DNA of 64,000 bases from the human T2T-CHM13v2.0 reference genome, Homo sapiens: NCBI RefSeq assembly GCF_009914755.1, contig NC_060926.1; one strand, written 5' to 3'. Below, piece by piece: positions 42,782 through 57,780 of this stretch. A program made the position numbers and the translations under genes. The notes below the pieces were generated by a model, which had not been told where the DNA came from, searched no databases, and saw only the letters and a program-made list of their open reading frames with translations. Each line of letters opens with the position of its first letter. Position 1 is the stretch's first letter.

Positions 42782-43139
42782 CTAAGGCTCACTTTGCTCA
42801 GCCAGGCTCCTTTGGCCTAGGTGGGTGTCCTTAGAATCATTGCCACCAAACCAAAGGGAAATGGGAGGAATGCTTCTGTGGGGAATGACATGCTTTCTCC
42901 AACACCTCCTTCCTTCGAGAGAAGAAGACCAAACTCACTCTGCTGCAGCCACCACAGATGTCTAGGAAGATGCTGAGCTGCCGTATGGTGCCCTATGTCA
43001 GCTTACTTTAGTTCTTGCTTTTAAAAAAATATTGAGGATGGATGACACTTACTTTAGTCTTTGCTTTAAAAAAATAAGAAGGATGATGACTTTTTAATAT
43101 GGAGGATGAAATTAGAATTCCGCTTAGTTCATCAATGCC

Positions 43140-43442
43140 TTGTCTTTTAGAAGAGAAGAAATACAGAGACAGAAACCCAGGAAGAATGCTTTGTGATGCT
43201 GGAGGCAGGAATTGGAGTGATGTGTCCACAAGCCAAAGAACACCAAGATTTCTAACAACATCAGAAGCTCAGAGACCATCATAAAACACATTCTCCCCTA
43301 GAACCTTCAGAGAGACCGTATGGCTCTGCTGACACCTTGACCTTGAATTTTTATCCTCTAGAACTGCTAGAGATGAAATATCTTGTTTTAAGCCACCTAG
43401 TTCATGGTAGTTTGTTATGGAAGCCCTAAGAAAATAATGCAG
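43140..43442 (+). mobile_element. MLT1 LTR 3' portion
   Basis: GCAGGAATTGGAGTGATG...CTGCTGACACCTTGA...TGTTTTAAGCCACCTAG. Confidence 0.75.
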
Positions 43443-45159
43443 TGCTATTGTTTCTTTCACTTTACAGATGTGAAGACAGGCTAGCTAACGTTCCAAGGTG
43501 GTTTGGTTCTATAGGGCCTGTGTCCTTATACAACAGAATACCAGTATGTAACTCATTTATTTGTGGGGATAAAGCCTCTGTTTTCCTAATATACATATTA
43601 TTTCCAGGAGAAAAAGAAAAGATTTTAAAAGGTATGTGTGGATGTTTTCAAAATGCTTTTAATAAAGTCCTCATCACTTGTGGCAAATGGAGAATAGAGA
43701 ATTATGTAGAACTACCTTTTTTTCTAGAGCCTAAATGCAGCTTGTTTGGATGGACACAAATGTGAAGAACACAGGAAGGACAAAACAGGAATGCTAGATA
43801 GCCATGGATGGGCATCAACAAAATAAAAACAAAGACAATGTACAAAAATTAGAAATTCATAATAGGTCAAATATTACTGAAGACACCAGGCTCTGGGATA
43901 TATTACAGGCTCTGGGCCTTATTACATATCCCAGCTCTGCCTTGGCCATTTTTAAATCTCCCTGAGTGTCAATTTTCTTACTAGCAAAATGAGGACAACA
44001 ATATACAATTCATAGGCAACTGTGAACTATGTAAGATAACAAATGTATATAGTTCCACATATAGTCCCTATCTTACCATAAATACCCAATAAGTGATGAT
44101 TACTATCATAATAATACATTTTTAGGGATATTTAACCAGAATAGCTCAAAATTAAATTACAAATAACATTCAATGCTAATTATAGTTATTGAATGAACCC
44201 AGCTCTCTGGTGTGACCTTGGAGCAAGTCAATTATGCAATGATAGATAATGCAAAAGACAGATGGTTAGGCCAGTTGGCCATGTGTGTTTGCTAGTAAGA
44301 TAAAAATGTTTCATTGTTTGTGTACATCTCAGTTATATCTATTGGTTTTTGGGCCACGTACAAAGTGGTATTTTAGGAAACCAACTGTTTTGTAAAAGCC
44401 CTCAAACACTTTGAAAGGACCCCATTTAAGCAAGTGATAGCATATGTCCTCATAAAAGCAACAATCCTGGAACTAGGGAACATTTAGTTGGTCTGGTTGG
44501 AATACCTGTCATAAAGAAAATGGAACATCTGATGGGTGATTGGAGGACAGAGATTGCATGACTTTCTCTATTTCCCTGCAAGTGATGAAATGGTATTTCT
44601 TTAAAATAAAGTCAGTATTTATGGAGTCTCTGTCAGTTTTAAAATTTGAGTATACTTTCCAGGGGTCCTGTAGAAATGATGTACGTGGCAAAATAAGATT
44701 CATATAGGAGATCTCTGAGATTACACAATTATTTTATTTTTCTTAACTCACATTGTTTAAACAATTGCAACGAATTAGTATGATCTTACTATGTTTGCAC
44801 CATTTACAGGTCAAGGATTAATGTACGTTAAGGAAAAAAAATCAGAAACACTACCCATGGGAATTCCAGGATAATGAGGAAAAATAAATGTGTGTGTATG
44901 TATGTGAGCAAGCACATACTACTCGACCATGGTGTATTGTCCTGGGATGTACTGGTGGGCTTGAACTCCAGAAGTTATTTAAAGCAATTTAGAGTGTTTC
45001 ATTGCTGTTTATTTCCCTAGGAATATGTGTTTATGTCCTTTATCGAATTTTCAGTCATCTATCACCTACAAGAAGTTAAAAATCCCTAACATAAGGCTTG
45101 GATTTCTATGGATCTCTGAATGTTTGTGTATGATCACAAACACATCTAGAATCATCAGG

Positions 45160-45211
45160 AGAGTGAGAGCAAGAGAGAGAGAGAGCAAGAGAGAGAGAGA
45201 GAGAGAGAGAG
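45160..45211. repeat. (GA)n-rich microsatellite
   Basis: Read directly from the sequence. Confidence 0.9.
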
Positions 45212-45439
45212 TCAAAAGAGTAAGATTAGGAAATAGAAAACAAAATATAAAGCAATACAGGTGGCACTAGTAGGGAATGTATTTAAAGTCACAATAGTCA
45301 CAATAAAGTCAAGGATGGCAACTTGCTTGAAGCACAGTTAGATGATTCCTCATTATTGACAGGGATTTTCTGTGTATTTGCAAGGTGTATGGTCTGCAAA
45401 TTCTCAGGCCTGTGTTTTGCTTTTTAATAGCTTGACTAG

Positions 45440-45570
45440 GTGATGGATGTGTTAATTAGCCTGATTTGGTCATTCCACAATGTTTACGTATTTCAAAACA
45501 TCACATTATATCCCATAAATATACATAATTATTATTTGTGACTTTAAAATAAAATTAAACTTAAACAAAA
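45440..45570 (+). mobile_element. L1MA-type 3' end fragment
   Basis: GATGTGTTAATTAGCCTGATTTGGTCATTCCACAATGT...AAAACATCACATT...AAATAAAATT. Confidence 0.65.
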
Positions 45571-48500
45571 GGAATACTAATTTCTCATTCCTGCTAAATT
45601 TTCCTATCAGGGACGGAGTAAATTCAGTTACTAAGTAGCCTTAGCAAATGTGATATCTCCATCATATTAGTAGTTGATGAGTCTTACTTGGTCGGGCCAG
45701 GTCTGATGGTTAAATCAATTAAGAGTCTGTAAAACCCGACTCTAACCACAGGAATCTACTCAAGTCATTCACTTTAGTAACAGGTTCTTGGAAGGCTGTC
45801 ATTTGCCTTATGGACTTGTTCTTTTTGGAGATCTGACAAGCTTCATTAGGGACTCAGAAGTGCAAGGAATAGAAAGTGCCAGAATAGCTATAGGCCAATT
45901 CCACAGAACCATAAGAAGTAAAACAAGGTGTCTTCCACACAGTCAGGTATTAAATCATTTATTTTTTTTCTCCTTCCCTCTCTCCTTTTCCTCCTTCCTT
46001 CCCTCCCTTTCTTCCCTTTTTTTCTCCTTCCACAATAAAAAAGTTTTAACAGAAGTCAGACTTCTGCTTTATTGTTTCATCTCTATGAAAAGAGGAATTA
46101 TAAATTAGGTTGTAGAGTTGGTTACTAGATTCTAAACTCCCTGATGGCCTTAACTATGTTTGCCATATTTTCTGTACCTTAAACGACCCCACATGCATTG
46201 CTGCCCATATAGTAAAAAGTCAATATATTATTTTTTTCACCAGATGGCTAAAATGTGACCCACATGGTCAAAAACATGTAAGGAGGATGAAGTTGGTTAT
46301 TTGAAAAATTAATTTTTGTTGTTTTAAATTTAAAAGGTCCTTTGAAAAATATCTTTCTAGGACTCAGAAATACAGTACTCCCTAATATTGTAGGCATATT
46401 GATTACTAAGAATCTCTCTTCCATGTTCAAATAATAAAAAAAAACAACTATAACAAAAAAGTAAAAAAAAAAAAAGCATTCCCCTTTTTAAAAAGTTACC
46501 AAATAAACCTGCACAGAAACAATTAGAAAAATATTAGGTTTTAATTATGATATGTTTATCCAAGGGAGAAAACAAATCATGTATTCTACTGAAAGCCATT
46601 ATGAATCTTAAAGTCTGAAGCTGATTCTATCATAGTCAAGAAAGAGCTATCCCTAAATGTTGGCCAGAAGTACTAATGATAATAACTTCCTTCTTTTGTT
46701 AACCAACTATCAACCAAAGTCTTTTAGTAGCTAATCTCATAAGTAATTTTAAACCAATGGGTACATGAATCATCTGAAATAAATGCAAAGAAATAAATAT
46801 GGCATTCTTGCTTATTTAAGAGACTTGATGTAGAAGCATAATTTTGTACCAGAGATTCATTAGCTTCCTATTTTTGTGCATCATTTCACAGGGTAACTTC
46901 CTAGGAGGCAATTTCTCTTGATTCTAAATGGTCCTGAATTCCATTTTGGCTGATATTATACTATATATCTCATGAGAAATTTTTTTAGCTTTGACATTTT
47001 TAGATAAAAACTACAAGGACTTTTTATGTCTATCCATGTCTCCTAGGGGGAGGCATGAATCTCATAATACCTAACTGAAACAAAAAGTATTATGCAAGTG
47101 ACAAAGAACAAATAGAAATCAAGCTAGTTTATGCCTCCTGATGGCAACTATCACTTTCTTTCTAACCTCTAGCCTAATAATTGTGTAATAATATAACTAT
47201 ATCCATGTCCCGGACTCCTTGATTTCCTTATTCTTACAGCATTTGACATCTTACTGTTAGATAAAATATGCCAGTTTTGTTTAAATACAGCTAAAACTGC
47301 TGCATTTACTCTCTTGTCAGACACATATAAATAACAAAAGGCAGGTATTACTCCCTTTGTGACAGTTCATCAAATTTTACGTGGTAAACAGAAGCAATGT
47401 CTTTTAACATAACTCATTTCATAAATAATCCTTCTTACTAATTTTACCTTACTGATAAATGTGTTTAACCCTCTCATATACAGATACATCAAGGGACTCT
47501 GTTCTATGTTGGCGTCTAAAGTGGTGGTTCCCCAACCCTTGGAGTTCAAAGTTTTGTAAAATTAAAAAAGAAATAAGGCATATTATAGGGTTGCCAACTT
47601 TTTACTTAACCAATTATGAATGTTAGGAAAAGCAACTATTTTTCTCTACCATGATCATTTCATAAAAGAATATGGAGATAAAACATCAGAAAGGGGAAAG
47701 TCTAGGAATAAAAGGCAATAATTTTAAATAAGCAAATTCAGCTTTACCAAGACCTTATTATACTGTTTCATCTCTATCATTTTGTTGTGGACAGTATTAT
47801 CTGTGTCACCAGGAAGCACTGCTCTGAGACCAGCATATGGAAGAACTGTGAAACAAATTATCTCAAGTAGAAAATAAGTGGGTTGAGCTAAGCGATCTCT
47901 AATATCCCTTTCAGCCTTCATATACTCTGAGATTCCAATTGTTACTGCACTATTTATGCCATAAGTTATTCCACTAGTCAAGAGTAATCATTGCGTTGGT
48001 GATATTAAATGCAAGCTCTATGATCAAAGAAAATTTCCTATTAAAATAGTTTAAATTTTATTCAGATTTCCAATATAGAAATGTATTTTTAAAAGTATTC
48101 ATGTGCCCTATACACTTATTATACAGGCAATTGCCGTGGCAGTACAGGACTTAATGGCAGGTTTCTGCATACAAAAATTTCTACCTGAGTATCTTTTGTG
48201 TTTAATTTAACTGTGCTAGAGTGAAAGCTGCCTCACATCAATCATTTCAGTTGCAAGGATATTGTTTTGTATAGGGACAATTCAGTGAGTCATGCTGAGT
48301 AATGGTGCGCATTGTATTCGTTGAGGTTATAAGCAGAATCTGACTATAGTTAACTGGGTATATCAATATTGTACATTTACAAAAAATCCATTAAGTATCA
48401 TGTAAAGGTGCATCCTGTTGTGGGGTCATGCACTCCTTTATCCCATTTTTATTTTTTCTCTATGAATTTTTAAGCAGCTATGGATCCAAAGGAGGCATCT

Positions 48501-48898
48501 ATTTTCCCAGATGATAGACTGCCCACCATTAATTACTTTTAAACTCCATCATCAATATTCCATTTTATAGCATGTTGTTTTGAACTAAACTCAACCTGTG
48601 AAGATATTCAGAATTTACCCAGTATTGCATGGAATCAGACTTAACATCTCATCTGTGTACTGCCTTATCTCTCTTTATTTAATTGACCGCATCTACTTCC
48701 TTGCCACTATAAACAGTGTCAGGGTGTAAGATTGATAGCTGTGTTGCAAATAAGTATATAAACTTAATACACATATTTATGCTGGTATGCTATGCTAGCT
48801 AGAGTCTAAAAATGGCACAAGAGAGACACTATATATTAAATGTGTTAGGGAACCCTTGCCTGACAATATTGTATTATGAAAGAAAATTTAAAAGGTAC

Positions 48899-49229
48899 TG
48901 TATTAGTTCATTCTCATGCTGCTATAAAGAACCGCCCAAGACTGGGTAATTTATAAAAAGAAGAGGTTTAATTCACTCACAGTTCTATACGGCTAGGGAA
49001 GCCTCAGAAAACTTACAATCAAGTAGTAAGGGGAAGTAAACACGTCCTTCTACACATGGCGGCAGGACGGAGAAGTGCCAATCAAAGGGGGAAAAGCCCC
49101 TTATAAAACCATCAGATTTCATGAGAACTCACCCACTATCATGAGAACAGCATGAGGGTAACCATGTGGGGATTATGGCAACAACAATTCAAGATGAGAT
49201 TTGGGTGGGAACACAACCAAACCATATCA
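48899..49229 (-). mobile_element. THE1 (MaLR) solo LTR with internal deletion
   Basis: TGTATTAGTTCATTCTCATGCTGCTATAAAG...CCAAACCATATCA; 5-bp TSD GGTAC at 48894-48898 and 49230-49234. Confidence 0.9.
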
Positions 49230-49927
49230 GGTACCAGAAACACATTTCTGTGATTTGTTGTGTTTTCCATAGATGCAGAATGATGATATCTTGAGTAAAC
49301 CAAGTGCCATCTGAGGCTGCCATTTTGTGTAGTGTTACTTCACTGGTAACTTGTTTGGTTGCTTTTTTCATTTGAGGACAGGTAATGGGCTTTAAGTGAC
49401 TGCCACTCAGCTAAAATACTCAAAAGTATCTGATTGTCAGTAAATTTAAGAACAATTTAATTGGACACTAACTTTATAAATAAGATGTGAAATGAGGAGA
49501 GGTGATTCAAATGTATTAAATGTAAAATAGAATAGGAAATGATTAAAAGAGAAAGACTCACTTAAAAATGAAGAGAGGCATCAATGTAGTCAACCTTTGC
49601 TTATATCTGTTCTTGAGGGAATGAGTGGATTGCTATAACCAGCATGTCATTTCCAAATAATTCTGTTTGACTTCAGGATGCATTTTAGTTCTTTCCTATG
49701 ACAGTGGGAGGCTTTGTTCTGGGAATTCACAAGATATTAAAAGAAAAACCATACAGCCTGAAGGATTTCACACTGTCTGAGGCTTAGAAAGCTGTGTGAA
49801 TTGCCTGTCTTTAGGAAAGAGTTCAGTCAGCAGAAGTTATCTTGTCACTGAGAAGGTGAAGTGATTCTTTCACCTAAGATTATGAAATCAATGTGTCAAC
49901 TTAGTTCTCAAGGTAATTCACCATGCT

Positions 49928-50337
49928 TGCTATAGTTTGGATATATGATCCTCCAAATTTCTTGTTTAAATTTGATCCCCAACATTGGAGCTGAAGCCTA
50001 ATAGGAGGTGTTTGGGTCATGGAGTAGATCCCTCATGAACGGCCTTGCACGGCCTCACAGAAATGAGTGAGTTATCGCTTTATTAGTTCTCTGAGGGCTG
50101 GTTGTTCAAGAGGCTGGCAATTCCCTCCTCTCTCTCTTGCCTCCTCTCTTGCCTGTACAAACCGGGCTCTCTTTTTCCTTCCACCATGAGTGGAAGCAGC
50201 CTGAACACCCTTTAGAAGCAGGTGCTGGCACCATGCTTCTTGCACAGCCTGTAAACTGTGAAGCAGGTAAACCTTTATACTTTATAAATTAACTAGGCTC
50301 AGACATTCCTTTATAGTAACAGAAACAGACTAAGACA
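49928..50337 (+). mobile_element. MST (MSTB-like) solo LTR
   Basis: TGCTATAGTTTGGATAT...GACTAAGACA; 5-bp TSD ATGCT at 49923-49927 and 50338-50342. Confidence 0.88.
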
Positions 50338-50379
50338 ATGCTCAATCAGCTGGTGAAATCTTACATTTATGTGCCGGAA

Positions 50380-50715
50380 GCTTAGTCCTTTTGGGCTGCT
50401 ATAACAAAATGCCCTAGACTGGGTTGCTTATAAACCATGGGAATTTATTTCTCACAGTTGTGGAATCTGAGAAGTCCAAGATCAAGGCAACAGCAGATTC
50501 TGTATCTGGTGAGGGCCTGATTTCTGATTCACAGATGGCACCTTCTTGTTGCATCCTCAGGTGGTGGAAGGGGCAAGGCATTAATCTTGTTCATAAAGGC
50601 TCTTACCCTCATGATCTAATTACCTCCCACAGGCTGTATCTTTTAATAACATCACACTGGGAAGTAGGGTTCATCATAGGAATGTAGAAGAGATACAAAC
50701 ATTTAGACCACAGAA
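50380..50715 (-). mobile_element. MST/MLT1A-type LTR
   Basis: CTTAGTCC...GGGCTGCTATAACAAAAT...TTATTTCTCACAGTT...GAAGTCCAAGATCAAGG. Confidence 0.8.
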
Positions 50716-51050
50716 CTGACTCTGTCAGAGTGTTCAGGTTTTTTTAATGCCCACTTCTCTTTGTCCTCTCCATCTGGGAGTAGTCATCCTGGCACTGGTG
50801 GGCTCAGCAGTGGCTCCACTTTTATGTGTTTGATACCTGTTTATGTTAACATGGAGGAGTCTGATTACTGGGCATCTGACACTCTCAAATTTCCAATCAG
50901 AGAAGAAAAGTTCTGCAGCATTGTTAAAACATTAAAATAATTGAGATACCAAGATCTAAATAAAAATCTCAATACAATCTGACCTATGTCTTCATACTAA
51001 AGAATATAAAGTTATCAAGAAAAAACAAATGAAATTTGCTTATGATCTAA

Positions 51051-51496
<446 letters not shown>

Positions 51497-51504
51497 TCTT
51501 TCCC

Positions 51505-51791
<287 letters not shown>

Positions 51792-52254
51792 TTCATTCTT
51801 TGTTATAGTACATTTGAAAAGTTAAGGTGGTATGTAATAGCTAAATACTGTTATGAAATTTTATGCTATAATAAAAAGTAAAGCCTTGTCAATTCATATA
51901 AACCAACACATTTGAGAGCAAAATCATATTTTAGTACCATAGGTAACACTTCAGTAAACACCAATTGAACAACTATGCTTTTGACCCTGTACCAGAAGTA
52001 CCGCCAGAGATGTCCTTGAACTCAAGATACTCTTGGGCTGACCTGAGTAGTTTGTATGCAAACCAATAATATTTACCATGTGACAAAGGAAGCAGGAGGA
52101 ATTGACTACTGTGGGCCATCTAGGGATCTTTGACAACGGTACTAGTTGAGTGAATCTTAAAGGATATGTGCTTTTGGTTTTTGTTTGTTTTCAGTTGGAA
52201 ATGATATGCTTTTTAGAAGAGTACGTTCCACTATCAAAGCCCGGTGGGGTGAGA

Positions 52255-54010
52255 GCTGTGGTCCTCGAGCCTTTTTTATGCATAAGGACTACCCAGAAAG
52301 CTTATTAAAAGGTAGATTTGCCCTCTCCCTCCCCCTCCCCCTCTCCCTCTCCCTCTCCCCACGGTCTCCCTCTCCTTCTCTTTCCATGGTCTCCCTCTGA
52401 TGCCGAGCTGAAGCTGGACTGTGCTGCCGCCATCTCGGCTCACTGCAAACTCCCTGCCTGATTCTCCTGCCTCAGCCTACCGAGTGCCTGCGATTGCAGG
52501 CGCGCGCCGCCACGCCTGACTGGTTTTCATATTTTTTTGGTGGAGACGGGGTTTCGCTGTCTTGGCCGGGCTGGTCTCCAGCTCCTGACCGCGAGTGATC
52601 CGCCAGCCTCGGCCTCCCGAGGTGCCGGGATTGCAGACGGAGTCTCGTTCACTCAGTGCTCAATGGTGCCCAGGCTGGAGTGCAGTGGCGTGATCTCGGC
52701 TCGCTACAACCTCCATCTCCCAGCCGCCTGCCTTGGCCTCCCAAAGTGCCGAGATTGCAGCCTCTACCCGGCCGCCACCCCGTCTGGGAAGTGAGGAGTG
52801 TCTCTGCCTGGCCGCCCATCGTCTGGGATGTGAGGAGCCCCTCTGCCTGGCTGCCCAGTCTGGAAAGTGAGGAGCCTCTCTGCCCGGCCGCCATCCCATC
52901 TAGGAAGTGAGGAGCGTCTCTGCCCGCCCGCCCATCGTCTGAGATGTGGGGAGCGCCTCTGCCCTAGTGCCCTGTCTGGGATGTGAGGAGCGCCTCTGCC
53001 CGGCCGCGACCCTGTCTGGGAGGTGAGGAGCGTCTCTGCCCGGCCGCCCCGTCTGAGAAGTGAGGAGACCCTACGCCCGGCAGCCGCCCCGTCTGAGAAG
53101 TGAGGAGCCCCTCCGCCCGGCAGCCGCCCTGTCTGAGAAGTGAGGAGCCCCTCTGCCGGGCAGCCACCCCGTCTAGGAAGTGAGGAGCGTCTCCGCCCGG
53201 CAGCCACCCTGTCCGGGAGGGAGGTGGGGGTCAGCCCCCGCCAGGCCGGCCGCCCCATCCGGGAGGGAGGTGGGGGGGTCAGCCCCCCGCCCGGCCAGCC
53301 GCCCCGTCCGGGAGGTGAGGGGCGCCTCTGCCCAGCCGCCCCTACTGGGAAGTGAGGAGCTTCTCTGCTCGGCCACCACCCCGTCTGGGAGGTGTACCCA
53401 ACGGCTCATTGAGAACAGGCCATGATGACAATGGTGGTTTTGTGGAATAGAGGAGGGGGAAAGGTGGGGAAAAGATTGAGAAATTGGGTGGTTGCTGTGT
53501 CTGTGTAGAAAGAAGTAGACATGGGAGACTTTTCACTTTGTTCTGTACTAAGAAAAATTCTTCTGCCTTGGGATCCTGTTGATCTCTGACCTTACCCCCA
53601 ACCCTGTGCCCTCTGAAACATGTGCTGTGTCCACTCAGGGTTAAATGGATTAAGGGCGGTGCAAGATGTGCTTTGTTAAACAGATGCTTGAAGGCAGCAT
53701 GCTTGTTAAGAGTCATCACCACTCCCTAATCTCAAGTACCCAGGGACACAAACACTGCGGAGGGCCGCAGGGTCCTCTGCCTAGGAAAACCAGAGACCTT
53801 TGTTCACTTGTTTATCTGCTGACCTTCCCTTCACTATTGTCCTATGACCCTGCCAAATCCCCCTCTGCGAGAAACACCCAAGAATGATCAATAAATTAAA
53901 AAAAAAAAAAAAAAGGTAGATTTCCTGCTCTTTGCCCTCTGAGACTAGGTGAAGCCCAGGAATCTGAATTTTAACAAGCATCTAAAATGAATCCGATGCA
54001 CTTGGTCTCC
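52255..54010. mobile_element. MER5-like hAT/Charlie DNA transposon relic split by the SVA (flanks ~52255-52319 and ~53924-54010)
   Basis: Joined flanks read ...AGCTTATTAAAAGGTAGATTTCCTG...GCCCAGGAATCTGAATTTTAACAAGCA...GATGCA, which resembles MER5. Confidence 0.6.
52320..53910 (+). mobile_element. Full-length SVA retrotransposon (hominid-specific), antisense to KCNH7
   Basis: (CCCTCT)n-like head, Alu-like region, GC-rich VNTR (~52770-53395), SINE-R, AATAAA at 53890-53895, poly(A), and TSD AAAAGGTAGATTT at 52307-52319 and 53911-53923. Confidence 0.97.
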
Positions 54011-54173
54011 TGTGTATATATTTGCATGTTTCTATATGTGTGCATTTGTGTGTATGTATGCTTGTGCTTGTGTGTGTGTATACACGTGTTTGAGAGCAGT
54101 CAATGAGAAAGAGCCTTGGAGATGGTGTGGGTGAAGAGGTCTGTGTGGAGCAGATTCTGTGGAGTTTTACGAC

Positions 54174-55940
<1,767 letters not shown>

Positions 55941-57139
55941 TGCCTGACTGAGGAGTTTGGCTTGGGAGTGAAGCAATTATTACAAAGTTGTAAATTTCAA
56001 AAGCCCAAATAACAGAAAGTCAGGGAAAGAAATATTGACCTTAATTTAATTTGTGTCTTTAGAACTGCATATGAGGAGAAACATGTTCTTTGATCTTAAC
56101 AACTTGTTTGGGCAGCTTTCTCTTCAAAGCAACAGTTGAAATATCCTTATGCAATCAGGACTTGAGGTGAGGGAATGAGTAAGTGGGTGTCAGAAGTAGG
56201 ATGAAGAAATGAAGAAGGAGACTACATCAAAAAACTCCCAAATCATTTATTTATTAGACCATTCTGCCCACATTCATTAAGGACATATTTATTATATGCC
56301 AGGCACTGGGCTAGGCTCTGTGGATACAGAAATAAAAGACTCCTTAGAAGAGGTCATATTCTAATAGGGACCATAGAGAAATAACAATGGCGATACAGTG
56401 TGATGAACACCATGATAGAGTTATACATAGGAGCTGAGGGAGTACAGAGAAAACCACTTTGTCCAAAATTGTATGCTTAAGTATGTGCATTTGTGTGTGT
56501 ATAAAGTCTTTCTGTAGGAAAACTTAACTCTCTGAATTGAGTTTTTATGAATAAATGAAAGCTCTTCAGATAAAGACAGCTTTGTAAGAGGTCAAAATTG
56601 ACTCTACTGTAGTTTGCTGTGGTTGCACAATATGGCATGAAATGGCTCAGATAAAATGGGGAATTATAATAACAACCTACCCTTCTTAAGGTCTTTCTAT
56701 GTCCTAGACACTGTGCCAAGAGCTGCATAAGAATTATCTCATTGAATTTTCACAATAATCCTATAAAGTAGCTCTTATTACCATTTCAGGTTTCAATGAA
56801 GAAATTAAAGTCCCATGAGGTTAGCAAACTTTCCCAGGGGCATAAAAGTGATACATGGCAGAACCAGGATTAGAAGCCAGGCAACTTGGCTTTAGAGCCT
56901 AAGACTTTAAATACCATTTAATACTGTCTTTATGCACTGTATATAAAGGGTCATAATAAGAAGATTAGACATTCTCTTGAGGACAGTTACCAGTTGTTAA
57001 ATGACATGATCAGATTAGCAGTTTTTAAAGACCACTTTGCCATAGCAAAAATAGTTTCACTGGAGTAGATCAAAATTGGAGGTTCTGAAACTAATTAGAG
57101 GTAGCTATTATAATTCCAGAGAGAAAGGCTGATGCCTTG

Positions 57140-57780
57140 AATTAAGATTTCTGCCTCCTGGTATTCATGTCTTTATGTAATCCCTTCCTCTTGAGTGTAG
57201 GCTGGACTTACTGACTTGCTTCATATGGATACAATATAGCAGAGGTGAAAAGATGTCATTACTATGTTAAGTTGTAAAAAGGCTGTGGCTTCTGTCTGTG
57301 TGCACTCTCATACTCTCTCTTAGGCTGTTGCTCTGGAGGAAACCAGCTGCCATGGTTGCTCTGGAGGAAACCAGCCTTGCTGGAAGGCTCACATAAGTAA
57401 GCTCAGAAGAGGATCATCTGAGGCAGCCAACAGCCTAGTAAGCAAGCTTGGAAACAGATCATCCCTTATTGATCTTTGAGACAACTGCAGCCATAACTGA
57501 CAGTGTGCACTCTCACACTCTCTCTTAGGCTGTTTCTCTGGAGGAAACCAGCTGCCATGATTGCTCTGGAGGAAATCAGCCTTGCTGGAAGGCTCACGTA
57601 AGTGAGCTCAGAAGAGTCAGCTCACATTCTTCCAGCCTTGTGGAAGACCTGGAGTGAGAACACCTAGCTAAGCTTCTCTTCAATTCTCGATCCATAAAAA
57701 CTGTGGGGTAACAAAGGCTTGTTGTCTTCAGACACTAAGATTTAGGTTAATTTGTCACTGAACAATAGATCACTAATTTA
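57140..57780 (+). mobile_element. MLT1 (F/G-like) LTR containing an internal duplication
   Basis: GATTTCTGCCTCCTGGTATTCATG...GAGTGTAGGCTGGACTTACTGACTTGC...CAATAGATCACTAAT. Confidence 0.7.

Noticed and set aside
45688-45726. Possible 39-nt minus-strand poison microexon (ttttacag|...CAA|gtaaga, in-frame TGA)
   Set aside because: The polypyrimidine tract is very weak and such site pairs arise by chance; junction reads would be needed.
52770-53395. Regular ~37-50 bp repeats superficially like a CRISPR array
   Set aside because: This is the SVA VNTR: degenerate tandem units without unique spacers, in a eukaryotic context.
52185-53981. Dense cluster of overlapping ORFs (66-164 aa) on both strands
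   Set aside because: All fall in the GC-rich SVA Alu-like/VNTR/SINE-R sequence or its immediate flanks, where stop codons are rare; they are not genes.
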